DNA of 64,000 bases. Origin: Thermoleophilia bacterium (lineage in GTDB: Bacteria > Actinomycetota > Thermoleophilia > UBA2241). Both the position numbers and the translations under genes were made by a program. Position 1 is the stretch's first letter; the number at the start of each line of letters is the position of its first letter. Where the stretch lies: positions 1,062,275 through 1,126,274 of the forward strand of contig JAXGZO010000001.1 in assembly GCA_040776965.1 (NCBI GenBank), written 5' to 3'. The notes below the pieces were generated by a model. It was not told the origin of the DNA, did no database searches, and was given only the letters and a program-made list of their open reading frames with translations. Shown here in pieces: positions 29,865-40,018 of the stretch.

Positions 29865-30887
29865 TCACTTGAGGACCGGCCGAGCGAGCACGCGGTCGGG
29901 GATCGTAACGTCGACGAAGGCGCAGGTCACGCCCGAGCTTTTGTACTTCTCGAGCACCGTGCGCAGCGCGAGCGCCTTAGCCTTCGAGCGCGTGAAGTCG
30001 CCCCACACGACCTCGAGTCCATCGCGAAAGAGGAGTGTGCAGCGACCGTTCTTAGCGACGTCAACCGCCGCTACACGCTGCCGAGAGGAGGCGGGGAGCG
30101 CCGCGATAACGGTGAGTACCCCCTTCTCGTTCGCGCCCTTGAGCACCGTCTTCGGGGCGATTGCCGCAGAGGTAGTGAAGCACGGGAGCTTGCGCTGAAC
30201 CCAAGAGAGCTCCGCCTGGAGGCGCGCGAGCCGAGCGGCGGTGCCGGTGGCCGTCGTAGTGGCAGTAGCGGCACCGACGGATCCGGCAGCCGGCGTTGCG
30301 CCAGCGGCCGCAGGCGTGCTGGCTGCCCCCGGCAGAGCCCCGGAGGGCCCCGCCGCGGAGGGCGAGGCGGCGGGACTGGTAACCGCAGGGGCGCTGGCTG
30401 TGCCAGCAGCTGCGGCGGCGCCGGTCGAACTCGGCGAGGCAGACGCCGCCGTAGCCGGGGCGGCCGCCGTCTTTCGCCGAAGCTCACAGATCACGTAACC
30501 GTCGTTGGCGACGACGTACCACGTTTTCCTCGAGGAAACGTACGCCGTGGGCTTGTGCTCGCGAACGACGACGTGGAGCGTTGAGGGAAAGTCGCGGTCG
30601 ACCTCCACCCGCTTAACGTAAGGAAACGCCTTGAGCGCCTGGAGCACCTCCTCCTCCCCCGCGACGAAGAGGTTCGTGCCAAAAAACGAGCGATGAAGTT
30701 GCTTCTCGATCGCCTTTTGACCGGTAAGAGCGCCGCCGACGACCTCGACTTTGCGCACCGCGAACGACGACGAGTGCTTACCCCAGAGGAAGACGCCCGC
30801 GGGGAGGAGGAAGATGAGCGCGATCAACCCCACGGCGGAGAGCACACGGCGACGCATTCGCTGCTGTTTGCGGCGACCCTCGGCCAC
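29865..30887 (-). CDS. ftsQ: Cell division protein FtsQ/DivIB (POTRA domain)
   Basis: 340 aa: a basic N-terminus, one TM helix, then a POTRA-like region FAVRKVEVVGGALTGQKAIEKQL. It lies between murC and ftsZ. Confidence 0.75.
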   Translation of the reverse strand: MAEGRRKQQRMRRRVLSAVGLIALIFLLPAGVFLWGKHSSSFAVRKVEVVGGALTGQKAIEKQLHRSFFGTNLFVAGEEEVLQALKAFPYVKRVEVDRDFPSTLHVVVREHKPTAYVSSRKTWYVVANDGYVICELRRKTAAAPATAASASPSSTGAAAAAGTASAPAVTSPAASPSAAGPSGALPGAASTPAAAGATPAAGSVGAATATTTATGTAARLARLQAELSWVQRKLPCFTTSAAIAPKTVLKGANEKGVLTVIAALPASSRQRVAAVDVAKNGRCTLLFRDGLEVVWGDFTRSKAKALALRTVLEKYKSSGVTCAFVDVTIPDRVLARPVLK

Positions 30888-30898
30888 GACGGCGGCCC

Positions 30899-32296
30899 CT
30901 ACTTTTTGCTCCGCTCGACGAGCGCGGCGAGGAGCTGTTCGCCGACCCGGCAGACGTCGCCCGCGCCGAGCGTGAGCACAAGATCGCCCTCGCCCACCCG
31001 CGGGAGGAGGTTGTTGACGATATCCGAGAAGCGCGGCAGGTACGAGATGGGGCCGCCCGGCCGCTCCAGGAGGTACGCGTCCACCACGAGCTTGCCCGTG
31101 ACCCCCGGCTCCGGCTCCTCTCGCGCTGGGAAGATCTCGGTGACGATCGCTTCGTCGGCGAGCGTGAGCGCCCGCCCGAACTCGCGCTGGAGGTACCTAG
31201 TGCGCGAGAAGAGGTGAGGCTGGAAGATGGCGATAACGCGCCGGTGCCCGCCGCGCATGGCGGCCGTAAGGGTCACCTCGATCTCGGTGGGATGGTGCGC
31301 GTAATCGTCGACGATCGTGACGCCGCAGCAACGGCCGATCTCTTGGAAGCGCCGCGCCGCGCCGCTGAACGTAGCGAGGTGCGGGGCGGCCTCGGCCGGC
31401 GAGAGGCCGGCGTGCCGGAGCACGGCCAACGCCGAGAGTGCGTTGAGGACGTTGTGGGCGCCCGGCACCCGAAGGGAGACCCGGGCGAGCTCTTCGCCCT
31501 CGGCGGTGGAGACCGCGAACTCGCTCCCGCGATCGTCGACGCGGTCCACCGTCGCCCGTAGATCCCCCTCGTCGATGCCGATACGCACGACCTCGGCCTG
31601 CGTGTGCTCGGCGAGCTCCTCCCCGCCGCTCCCGACGGTGAGGACGAGGAGCCCCGTGCTCGGCAGAAGCGCGACGAAGGAGCGGAAGACCCGCTGCACG
31701 TCGTCGATACAGCCGTACGTAGCGTGGTGGTCGAGCTCGACGTTGCTCACGATAGCGACCTCGGGGCGCAGCGCGAGGAGGCTGCCGTCGCTCTCATCGG
31801 CCTCGGCGACGAGCCACTCGCCCTTGCCCACGCCGGCGTTGGAGCCGATGTCGTTGAGCTCGCCGCCGACGAGGAAGGTGGGGTCGAGCCCGGCCTGGTA
31901 GAGCACGTGCGCGATCATCGAGGAGATCGTCGTCTTGCCGTGCGTGCCGGCGACCGCGATGCCGCGACGAAGCGTCATAACCCGGGCGAGCATCTCGGCC
32001 CTGCGCAGCACGGGCAGGCCGAGCACCCCGGCCGCGCGAAGCTCCGGGTTGCCCTCGCCGATCGCCGTGGAGATTACGACGAGCGCCGCGCCGCCGAGGT
32101 TCTCGGCGCGATGCCCGATACTCACCGGCACGCCGGCCGCCTCCAAACCACGAGTGTAGCGAGAGGCTTTAAGGTCGGAGCCGGTGACGGCGATGCCCAG
32201 GCGATGGAGCACCATCGCGATGCCGCTCATACCGGCGCCGCCGATCCCGATGAAGTGTACTGGTTGCGGAAAGGACGTTGTGTAATCGTCGGTCAT
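30899..32296 (-). CDS. murC: UDP-N-acetylmuramate--L-alanine ligase
   Basis: Reads MTDDYTTSFPQPVHFIGIGGAGMSGIAMVLHRLG... with Mur ligase motifs GTHGKTTISSM. Confidence 0.85.
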   Translation of the reverse strand: MTDDYTTSFPQPVHFIGIGGAGMSGIAMVLHRLGIAVTGSDLKASRYTRGLEAAGVPVSIGHRAENLGGAALVVISTAIGEGNPELRAAGVLGLPVLRRAEMLARVMTLRRGIAVAGTHGKTTISSMIAHVLYQAGLDPTFLVGGELNDIGSNAGVGKGEWLVAEADESDGSLLALRPEVAIVSNVELDHHATYGCIDDVQRVFRSFVALLPSTGLLVLTVGSGGEELAEHTQAEVVRIGIDEGDLRATVDRVDDRGSEFAVSTAEGEELARVSLRVPGAHNVLNALSALAVLRHAGLSPAEAAPHLATFSGAARRFQEIGRCCGVTIVDDYAHHPTEIEVTLTAAMRGGHRRVIAIFQPHLFSRTRYLQREFGRALTLADEAIVTEIFPAREEPEPGVTGKLVVDAYLLERPGGPISYLPRFSDIVNNLLPRVGEGDLVLTLGAGDVCRVGEQLLAALVERSKK

Positions 32297-33399
32297 CGTC
32301 TACCCCATCTCCTCAGAGTCTCTTCCATCTCATCCACCACGTGATGCGTGGCCTTCGGCCGCCCGAGCGAGGCGCTCGCCGCCGCCATCGCCGCCAGGCG
32401 CGGGCGGTCGGCGAGGAGCCCCCCGACGAGGCGGTCGAGCATCGCGCCGTCGAGGTCGGCGTCGTCGATCAGCAGGGCCGCCCCCGCAGAGCGCATCCAC
32501 TCCGCGTTTCGCCGCTGATGGTCGGCGGTAGCGTAAGGATACGGCACGAGGAGGGCGGGTTTGCCGAGGGCCGCCAACTCGGCGATGGAACCGCCGGAGC
32601 GGGCGATAACGAGGTCGGCGGCGGCCATCGCCTGCGCAAGCGAGGTGGTGTAGGGCACTAAATGGTAGTGCTCGAACGTCTCGCCGCGCGCCAGCAACGC
32701 CTCGCGGGTCTCCTCGTACTTACCCGCACCGCAGACGTGCACGAGCTGAAGGTCGCGGAGGCGCCCGCCGAAGGCGTCCACGCAGGCGCGGTTAATGCTC
32801 TGCGCCCCCTGGCTCCCCCCGAAGATGAGGAGGGTGGGAAGACCCTCCTCTAACCCGAAGAGCTCCCGGCCGTCTGCGGCGGTCGCCGTAGCCTGCTCCG
32901 CTGTCAGCGGCCTCCCGGTGACCACGAACTTCGGCGGCGTGAGGCCGGCGATGGGAAAGCTCAGGCAGACCCGCCGCACGAACGGACGGAGCATACGGTT
33001 GGCGACGCCGAGGTGGGCGTCGGCCTCGAGCGCGACGCCGGGCACGCCGTGAAGCGCCGCGAGCGCCACCACCGGCCCACTGGCGAAGCCGCCACCGCCC
33101 ACCACAATCCCCGGGCGGACCTCCTTGAGGAGGCGCTCGACCCGCGGCACTGCGGCCGCGAGCACCTTAAAGGTTTGCGCGTACTCGCGCGGCGCGAAGC
33201 GCCGAGCGAAGCCCCGCAGCTCGAGCGTATGGGTCTCGAACCGCGCGGCGGCGTGCTCGCGCTGTGAGGGCGTCGTCACGAGGACGACACGGGCTCCGCG
33301 CCCCTGCGCCTCAGCCGCGACGGCGAGGACCGGCTGCAGGTGGCCGCCGGTCCCCCCCGCCGCGAGGAGCACGGTGACTCCGTTGATCGGTGACGACAA
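32293..33399 (-). CDS. murG: UDP-GlcNAc:undecaprenyl-PP-MurNAc-pentapeptide GlcNAc transferase MurG
   Basis: Reads VTVLLAAGGTGGHLQPVLAVA..., the typical MurG N-terminal GGTGGH motif. Confidence 0.85.
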   Translation of the reverse strand: MSSPINGVTVLLAAGGTGGHLQPVLAVAAEAQGRGARVVLVTTPSQREHAAARFETHTLELRGFARRFAPREYAQTFKVLAAAVPRVERLLKEVRPGIVVGGGGFASGPVVALAALHGVPGVALEADAHLGVANRMLRPFVRRVCLSFPIAGLTPPKFVVTGRPLTAEQATATAADGRELFGLEEGLPTLLIFGGSQGAQSINRACVDAFGGRLRDLQLVHVCGAGKYEETREALLARGETFEHYHLVPYTTSLAQAMAAADLVIARSGGSIAELAALGKPALLVPYPYATADHQRRNAEWMRSAGAALLIDDADLDGAMLDRLVGGLLADRPRLAAMAAASASLGRPKATHHVVDEMEETLRRWGRR

Positions 33400-34771
33400 G
33401 AGAGCTCCTCCGATTCGTCGTGATATTGAGCAAGATGCCGAGGGCCGAGAGGATGACGACGAGGTTGGTGCCGCCGATAGAGACCAAGGGCAAGGGCACG
33501 CCGGTCAGCGGAAGCAGCCCGAGCGCGGCCCCCATATTGATACACACCTGCGCGGCGACGAGCGAGGTGATGCCGCCGGCCAGGAGCTTGCCGAAGATCT
33601 CCTTGCACTCGATCGCGATGCGAAACCCGGTCCACAGCAAAAAGAGATAGAGGAGGATGAGGACGAGGAGCCCCAGAAGGCCGAGCTCCTCCCCGATGAT
33701 CCCCGTGATCATGTCGGTGCTCTGCTCGGGCAAAAACCCGAACTTCTGCACGGAGTTGCCGAGCCCCACGCCGAAGAGCCCTCCGGAGGCGATGGAGATG
33801 AGCGACTGCGTCGCTTGATGCCCGCTGCCGTGAGGATCCTTCCAGGGGTCCAAAAAGGTCATGAGCCGCTGAAGCCGGTAGGGCTCCACAATGATCGCAG
33901 CGAGGATCATCACCACCCCGACTCCTACCGTCGCGAGGATGTGCCGCATGCGCCCACCGGCCATCACCAGGATGGAGATAACCCCACAGGAGAGCACGAG
34001 GGTCGTGCCGAGGTCGGGCTCGCGCATAATGAGAAGAGCGGACGGCAGAATGCCGACGCCGACCAAGAAAAGGTACCCCCTGGCTGTCGTCACTATCTGC
34101 GGCCGACGGGCGACCAGCATGGCGACCAGGATAACCGCGGCGAGCTTGGCGATCTCGCTCGGCTGAAGAGCCTGCCCGCCCAGGGAGATCCACCGGCGAG
34201 CACCGTTGACGACGACGCCCACCCCGGGGATGAGCACGAGGACGAGGCCGAGGAGGGCGATCGCGAAGGCCGGCTTGGCGAAGCGCCGCCAGGTTCCGTA
34301 GTCGATCTTGGAGATCAGGAACATCGCGATGAGTCCGACCAGGGCGAAGGCGAACTGCCGTTCTAAAAAGTGAACGCTCGACTTGTACTCGAAGTAGGCC
34401 TTGCCGGAGGAGGCGCTGTAGGACATCACGAGGCCGTACAGCAGGAGCAAGAAGATGGCCGCGAGGAGGTTCCAGCGGGCGACGAGACCGGGGGCCGCCT
34501 GACGCGGGAGCGACTCGCCCCCGCCAGGGGCACGACGCGACCGCTGAGGCGACCGTTGAGGCGACCGTTGCTCGGCGGGAGGCGCCGGGCGGCGCGGAGT
34601 TGCCGGGCGGCGCGGAGCGGGAGGAGCACCGGCGCGGCGGCGCGGGTTGGGCGCCGACTTGCGGGTCGCCCTCTGACGGCTCGCGCTCACGCCCCCTCGC
34701 CTCCGCGGAGCCCTTCGACGAGCCGGATAAAGTGCTCGCCGCGCTCCACGTAATCCGCGTACTGATCCCAA
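33311..34771 (-). CDS. ftsW: Peptidoglycan glycosyltransferase FtsW (SEDS family); the start is uncertain
   Basis: A 10-TM SEDS protein reading LLYGLVMSYSASS...WISLGGQALQPSEIAKLAAVI. An N-terminal ~90 codon Arg/Pro-rich extension overlaps the murD 3' end; the true start probably lies between 34483 and 34771. Confidence 0.75.
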   Translation of the reverse strand: MGSVRGLRGARRALYPARRRAPRRRGGVSASRQRATRKSAPNPRRRAGAPPAPRRPATPRRPAPPAEQRSPQRSPQRSRRAPGGGESLPRQAAPGLVARWNLLAAIFLLLLYGLVMSYSASSGKAYFEYKSSVHFLERQFAFALVGLIAMFLISKIDYGTWRRFAKPAFAIALLGLVLVLIPGVGVVVNGARRWISLGGQALQPSEIAKLAAVILVAMLVARRPQIVTTARGYLFLVGVGILPSALLIMREPDLGTTLVLSCGVISILVMAGGRMRHILATVGVGVVMILAAIIVEPYRLQRLMTFLDPWKDPHGSGHQATQSLISIASGGLFGVGLGNSVQKFGFLPEQSTDMITGIIGEELGLLGLLVLILLYLFLLWTGFRIAIECKEIFGKLLAGGITSLVAAQVCINMGAALGLLPLTGVPLPLVSIGGTNLVVILSALGILLNITTNRRSSLVVTDQRSHRAPRGGGDRRPPAAGPRRRG

Positions 34772-36111
34772 CTCGCACAGGCCGGGCTCAGCAACACGAC
34801 GTCGCCTGGCGCCGCGCTCGCGGCGGCGGAGCGTACGGCGACGGCGAGGTCGCCGCAGACGGCGACGGGCGTGGACCGCGAAGCATCCGCACGCCGGCAG
34901 GAGGCGAACGCCTCTTGCAGCCGTGGCGCTGTGGCGCCCACGAGCAACACCTGCTTAACTGCCCCCTCCACCGCGCGTGCCAGCTCGTCGTACTCCGCCC
35001 CTTTATCGTAGCCCCCGAGGATGAGGAAGACGTCGCCGGAGTACGCGGTGAGGGCCTTGAGCGTCGCGTCGACGTTGGTGGCCTTCGAGTCGTTGATGTA
35101 GGTGACGCCGCGATGCTCGCCTACGACCTGCAGCCGGTGGGGGACGCCCTCAAACGAGCGGAGCACCTGTGCGATCGCCGTGGCGGAGACGCCGATAGCG
35201 CTCGCGGCGGCCGCGGCGGCCAGGGAGTTCTGCACATTGTGCTCGCCCTTCAGGGCGAGCTGCTCCACGGAGCACAACCGGCGGCGAAGGCCGTCGACGG
35301 CGACCCAGAGCACGCCCTCGCCGTCGACGCCGGCGCCGAGCGCCGCCCCGCAGGGGCTTGTCTCGGCGCCCTTCCGGGCGGAGAACCACACACGGCGACC
35401 CTCGCCGAGCCCCTCGAGGGCGGCGAGCTCCTCCGCCACACCGGGGTCGTCGGCGTTGAGCACGCTCACATCGCCGGGCCCCTGGTTCTCGAACACTCGG
35501 AGCTTGGCGCGAACGTAGCTGGCGTAGTTCCCGTGGCGATCGATGTGATCCTCCGCGAGGTTGAGCAGCACGGCGACCTGCGGACGAAACCGCTCGATGT
35601 GCTCGAGCTGAAAACTGGAGAGCTCGACCACGAGCACCGTCTCGGCGGTCACGCTCGCGGCCGCACCGGCGAGCGCGTACCCGATGTTGCCGCCGACGGC
35701 CACGGGGAGCCCGGCGCCGCGCACCACGGCCCCCACGAGCTCCGTCGTCGTCGTCTTGCCGTTGGTCCCCGTGATGCCGATGAGCGGGTTGGAGAGAAAC
35801 CGCGAGGCGAACTCGATCTCGCTCCACAGCGGAACGCCGCGGCGAAGCGCCTCTTGGACGACGACGCTCGCATCGGGCACGCCGGGGCTCTTAACGAGGA
35901 GGTCGACCTCCGGCGGCAGCGCCGCCGCCCGGCCAACCAGTACCTCGACGCCGGCGTGGACGAGCTCGTCGACCAGACCGCCCGCGACCGCGCCCTCGTC
36001 GATACCCACAACGCGGACGCCGGGGAGCCGCTCGCGCGCGAGCAGGGCGGCCGGGCGGCCGCTCCGACTCAAGCCGAGGACCGCGATACAGCGGACGTGG
36101 TCGAGTTCCAC
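34687..36111 (-). CDS. murD: UDP-N-acetylmuramoylalanine--D-glutamate ligase
   Basis: Reads VAVLGLSRSGRPAALLARE...GITGTNGKTTTTEL; sits at the dcw position. Confidence 0.85.
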   Translation of the reverse strand: MELDHVRCIAVLGLSRSGRPAALLARERLPGVRVVGIDEGAVAGGLVDELVHAGVEVLVGRAAALPPEVDLLVKSPGVPDASVVVQEALRRGVPLWSEIEFASRFLSNPLIGITGTNGKTTTTELVGAVVRGAGLPVAVGGNIGYALAGAAASVTAETVLVVELSSFQLEHIERFRPQVAVLLNLAEDHIDRHGNYASYVRAKLRVFENQGPGDVSVLNADDPGVAEELAALEGLGEGRRVWFSARKGAETSPCGAALGAGVDGEGVLWVAVDGLRRRLCSVEQLALKGEHNVQNSLAAAAAASAIGVSATAIAQVLRSFEGVPHRLQVVGEHRGVTYINDSKATNVDATLKALTAYSGDVFLILGGYDKGAEYDELARAVEGAVKQVLLVGATAPRLQEAFASCRRADASRSTPVAVCGDLAVAVRSAAASAAPGDVVLLSPACASWDQYADYVERGEHFIRLVEGLRGGEGA

Positions 36112-36120
36112 CGCTCCCCC

Positions 36121-37107
36121 TTAGAAGGTCGCGTAGTACGCCGCGAACCCGGCGCCCGCGAACACGGCGGTGATGATCCAGAACCGAACGATGATCTTTG
36201 CCTCCGACCACGCCTTGAGCTCGAAGTGGTGGTGGAGCGGCGCCATGAGCAGCACGCGGCGGCGGAAGAGCTTAAAGGAGATGACCTGGGCCATCACCGA
36301 GAGGGTCTCCACCACGAAGAGCCCGCCGATGATCACGAGCACGAGCTCGGTGCGCGTGAGTACGGCGAGGCCAGCGATAGCGCCGCCGAGCCCCAGCGAA
36401 CCCGTGTCGCCCATGAAGATGTCCGCCGGAAAGGTGTTAAACCAGAGAAAGCCGAGGCAAGCGCCGCCGATGCACCCCGCGACGACCATGAGGTCGCTGA
36501 CCCCGGGGTCGTGCGCGTTGCGCCCGATAATGAAGGCGATGCCGGCCATGGCTACGAGGACGATCGCGGAGGAGCCGGCGGCCAAGCCATCCAGCCCGTC
36601 GGTGAGGTTCACCGCGTTAGAGAAGCCGGCGATCGTGAGGAAGATGAGCGCGTAAAAGCCGACCTGCCCCAGCTCCAGCTGGTACGCGACGAAGGGGATG
36701 TCGATGCGCGTATCGATGCCGGCGAACCGCAAGGCGATGAACCCCACGAAGAGCGAGAGGATCAGCTGCAGGGGGAGCTTGGCCCGCGCCGCCAACCCAA
36801 GCGACCGCTTACGGGCGATCTTCGTCCAGTCGTCCACGAAGCCGATGAGCGCATTGCCCAACGCGGCGATCATCACCGTCAGGGATGCCACCGAGAGCCG
36901 GCTGAAGATGAGGAAGGAGACGATGACGGCGAACCAGATGAGCACGCCGCCCATCGTGGGCGTACCCTCTTTGGTCTTGTGCCCCTGCGGCCCCTCTTCA
37001 CGGATGTTTTGGCCGAACGCGTTGCGGCGCAACCAGCGGATGAAGAACGGTCCGATAGCCAGCACCAACACCATGGCGAGCACGCTCGCGCTCATCGCCC
37101 TCAGCAT
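36121..37107 (-). CDS. mraY: Phospho-N-acetylmuramoyl-pentapeptide transferase
   Basis: A 328-aa polytopic membrane protein reading ...GTPTMGGVLIW... with motifs DDWTKIARKRSLGL and GDTGSLGLG. Confidence 0.85.
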   Translation of the reverse strand: MLRAMSASVLAMVLVLAIGPFFIRWLRRNAFGQNIREEGPQGHKTKEGTPTMGGVLIWFAVIVSFLIFSRLSVASLTVMIAALGNALIGFVDDWTKIARKRSLGLAARAKLPLQLILSLFVGFIALRFAGIDTRIDIPFVAYQLELGQVGFYALIFLTIAGFSNAVNLTDGLDGLAAGSSAIVLVAMAGIAFIIGRNAHDPGVSDLMVVAGCIGGACLGFLWFNTFPADIFMGDTGSLGLGGAIAGLAVLTRTELVLVIIGGLFVVETLSVMAQVISFKLFRRRVLLMAPLHHHFELKAWSEAKIIVRFWIITAVFAGAGFAAYYATF

Positions 37108-38465
37108 CGCTCTCCCCCCTCTCGCAGAAGGGCCTCGGCCACCCGCTCGAGCCGCAGGAGACGAGAGGCTTTAACGAGCACGGCGGAGCCGGCGGGGACG
37201 AGCTCCGGAAGCGCCTCGATGCACTCCTCGACCGTCGCATACCACCGCTCCCCCGGCGCACCCTTTAAGTAATGACGGGCGAGCTCACCCACGGCGACGA
37301 CGCGCACCCCCACGGCCGCGCAGTGCGCGCCGACCTCCTCGTGGTACGCCTCGGCGTCGGCGCCGAGCTCGTACATATCGCCGATAACGGCGACGGTCGG
37401 CCGCCCGGCCGCGACCTCGACGAGGTGGTCGATCGCCGCCTTCATGGCGGTGGGGTTGGCGTTGTACGCGTCGTTGAGCACAACCCCGCCGCCACGCAAC
37501 GGCGTAAGCGCGCCGCGGAGGTCGCTGAAGACGACCCGGGCGGCGCCCTCACGGGCCGCCTCGAGCGGGTACCCGAGCTCGAGGAAGACGGCGAGGGCGG
37601 CGAGGGCGTCCTCGAGGTAGTGCCGGCCGGTAAACCCGAAGGTGAGCCGCTCCCGGCGGCCGAAGGCCTCCACGAGCGCCTGCGTCGTGCCCTCGCGATG
37701 CTCCACGGCGACCGCGCGAACGTCGCCCCCCTCGATCCCGAAGGTGACGGTGCACCCGCGGTGCCCGCGGGCGTGCTCCTGCAGCAAGGGCTCGGAGGCG
37801 GGGAGAACGGCCGTACCCTCGCCGAGCTCCTCGATGAGCTCGGCCTTGGCGGCGGCCACCCCGGCGAGCGTCCCGACGGCCTCGAGGTGCACCGGCGCCA
37901 CCGAGGTGATCACCCCGATCTCGGGCAACGCGATGCGCGCGAGCTCTCGGATTTGGCCGAAGCCCCGCATCCCCATCTCCACGACGAGGACCTCGGTCTC
38001 GGGGGAGGCGGCGAGCACGGTGAGCGGTAGGCCGATCTCATTGTTTAAATTGGCGTACGTGGCGGTGACGCGGGCGACCGGGCGCAAGAGCGCGGTCAGA
38101 ATATCTTTGGTCGACGTCTTGCCGGCGCTCCCGGTGACGCCGACGACGCGAGCGGGGAGGCGAAGCCGAACGGCGCGAGCGATGCGCTGCAGCGCCACGA
38201 GGCCGTCGTCGACGACGATGCGCGAGCATCCGCGCGGCACGTGCACGGCGGTCTCCGCGCGCACGACGACTGCGGCGGCCCCGGCAACGAGCGCCGCCGC
38301 AGCGTACGCGTCGCCGTCGAAGCGCTCACCGCGGAGGCCGAGAAAGAGATCGCCAGGCTGCACCGACCGCGAGTCGGTGGTGACGCCGCTCACGAGCACC
38401 TGCGGATCGCCCTCGAGACGGCCGCCGCAGGCGACGGCGAGTTCGGCGAGCGTAAGTGGAATCAC
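37101..38465 (-). CDS. murF: UDP-MurNAc-tripeptide--D-alanyl-D-alanine ligase
   Basis: Reads MIPLTLAELAVACGGRL...VTGSAGKTSTKD. Confidence 0.85.
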   Translation of the reverse strand: MIPLTLAELAVACGGRLEGDPQVLVSGVTTDSRSVQPGDLFLGLRGERFDGDAYAAAALVAGAAAVVVRAETAVHVPRGCSRIVVDDGLVALQRIARAVRLRLPARVVGVTGSAGKTSTKDILTALLRPVARVTATYANLNNEIGLPLTVLAASPETEVLVVEMGMRGFGQIRELARIALPEIGVITSVAPVHLEAVGTLAGVAAAKAELIEELGEGTAVLPASEPLLQEHARGHRGCTVTFGIEGGDVRAVAVEHREGTTQALVEAFGRRERLTFGFTGRHYLEDALAALAVFLELGYPLEAAREGAARVVFSDLRGALTPLRGGGVVLNDAYNANPTAMKAAIDHLVEVAAGRPTVAVIGDMYELGADAEAYHEEVGAHCAAVGVRVVAVGELARHYLKGAPGERWYATVEECIEALPELVPAGSAVLVKASRLLRLERVAEALLREGGERC

Positions 38466-40018
38466 GACCCCTCCTCTCCACCGAAGAGCTCGGCGAGCAC
38501 CTCGAGCGCGACGGTACGGTCGTCGAACGGCAGGCGCTCGCGCCCCACGATCTGCCCTTGCTCATGGCCCTTGCCGGCGATAAGGACGGTGTCGCCGGCG
38601 CGTGCGCCCCGCAGGGCGCCGGCAATGGCGGCTCGGCGGTCCTCTTCGGTGGAGACGGCGGCGTGCCCCTCCGGCGAAATGCCGGAGAGGATGTCGGCGA
38701 TGATCGCCGAGGGCTCCTCGGTGCGCGGGTTGTCGGAGGTGACGACCGCGAGGTCGGCGAGGCGCGCGGCGATCTCGCCCATGAGCGGGCGCTTGCCGCG
38801 GTCGCGGTCGCCGCCGCAGCCGAAGACGACGATGAGTCGGCCGACGGTGAGGTCTCGCGCGGCCGCGAGGGCGTTCTCCAGCGAATCCGGCGTGTGGGCG
38901 TAGTCGACGAGCACCCCAAACGGCTGCCCGGCGCGCACCGCCTGGAACCGCCCGGGCACGCCCTCCACCCCCGCGAGCGCGCGGAGGACCGCCTGAAGCG
39001 GGAGGCCGAGCGCGAGGGCCGTGGTCGCGGCCGCGAGGGCGTTCTCCACATTAAACCGCGCGGTGAGCAACAGTGAGACGCGCTCACTCACACCCAAACG
39101 CGGCACCTCAAGGATGAACGAGGAGCCGTGAGCATGCACCTCCACGCTCCGCGCGAGAGCAGTGGGAGCGCCCTCGGCCGCGCCCTCAAGGGCGTAGGTC
39201 CAGAGATCGCCGCGGTAGACGGCGGAGCACTCCGCGGCGAGCCTCTCGCCGTAGCGGTCGCCCGTATTGACCACCGCGACCGCGGCGCCGTTGCGCCCCT
39301 CCTCGGGCAAGAAGAGCCGTCGCTTGGCCGCGAAGTAGTCTTCAAAATCCGAGTGATAGTCCAGATGATCGCGGGTGAGATTGCTGAAGACGACGGCGTC
39401 GAAGCTGATCGCGGCACTTCGCTCCTGAGAGAGGGCGTGCGAGCTGACCTCGAAGACGCACGCCTTATCGCCGGCCTCGACCATCTCCCCGAACATCCGC
39501 TGAAGGTCCAGGGACTCCGGCGTCGTTAACTGCACCGGCCACTCGCGCCCCCCGATCCTGTTGACGACGGTGCCGAGCAAGCCGGAGGGGAGGCCCGCCT
39601 CCTCGAAGATACGGGCGATGAGGTAGGAGGTCGTGGTTTTGCCGTTGGTCCCAGTGATCCCGACGACGCGGAGCTCGCGGGAGGGGTGCCCGTACCACTG
39701 CGCGGCGACCGCGGCCATCGCCCGCCGCACCGAAGGTACGATGATGTACGGGACGGGCTCGCCGGTCTCGCGCTCACAGAGGAGCGCGGAGGCGCCGGCG
39801 GCAACGGCCTGCCCCGCGAACCGGTGACCGTCGTGCGCTACGCCCGGCACGCAACAAAACAGCGTGCCGGCGGCGACGTCGCGGGTGTGATAGGCGAGAC
39901 CCGAGATAGGGGTCGATGGATCGCCCTGAAGGACGGCGCCCTCGATCTCTTCGAGTAAGGTGATGAGCTTCATCGGCGTGGAGTCTACCAAAGCACCGGG
40001 CGGTTGAGAGAGACTCAC
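38462..40018 (-). CDS. murE: UDP-MurNAc-L-Ala-D-Glu--2,6-diaminopimelate ligase
   Basis: Reads ITGTNGKTTTSYLI...; a Mur ligase fold with the DNPR motif (TSDNPRTEEP) typical of MurE. Confidence 0.85.
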   Translation of the reverse strand: MSLSQPPGALVDSTPMKLITLLEEIEGAVLQGDPSTPISGLAYHTRDVAAGTLFCCVPGVAHDGHRFAGQAVAAGASALLCERETGEPVPYIIVPSVRRAMAAVAAQWYGHPSRELRVVGITGTNGKTTTSYLIARIFEEAGLPSGLLGTVVNRIGGREWPVQLTTPESLDLQRMFGEMVEAGDKACVFEVSSHALSQERSAAISFDAVVFSNLTRDHLDYHSDFEDYFAAKRRLFLPEEGRNGAAVAVVNTGDRYGERLAAECSAVYRGDLWTYALEGAAEGAPTALARSVEVHAHGSSFILEVPRLGVSERVSLLLTARFNVENALAAATTALALGLPLQAVLRALAGVEGVPGRFQAVRAGQPFGVLVDYAHTPDSLENALAAARDLTVGRLIVVFGCGGDRDRGKRPLMGEIAARLADLAVVTSDNPRTEEPSAIIADILSGISPEGHAAVSTEEDRRAAIAGALRGARAGDTVLIAGKGHEQGQIVGRERLPFDDRTVALEVLAELFGGEEGS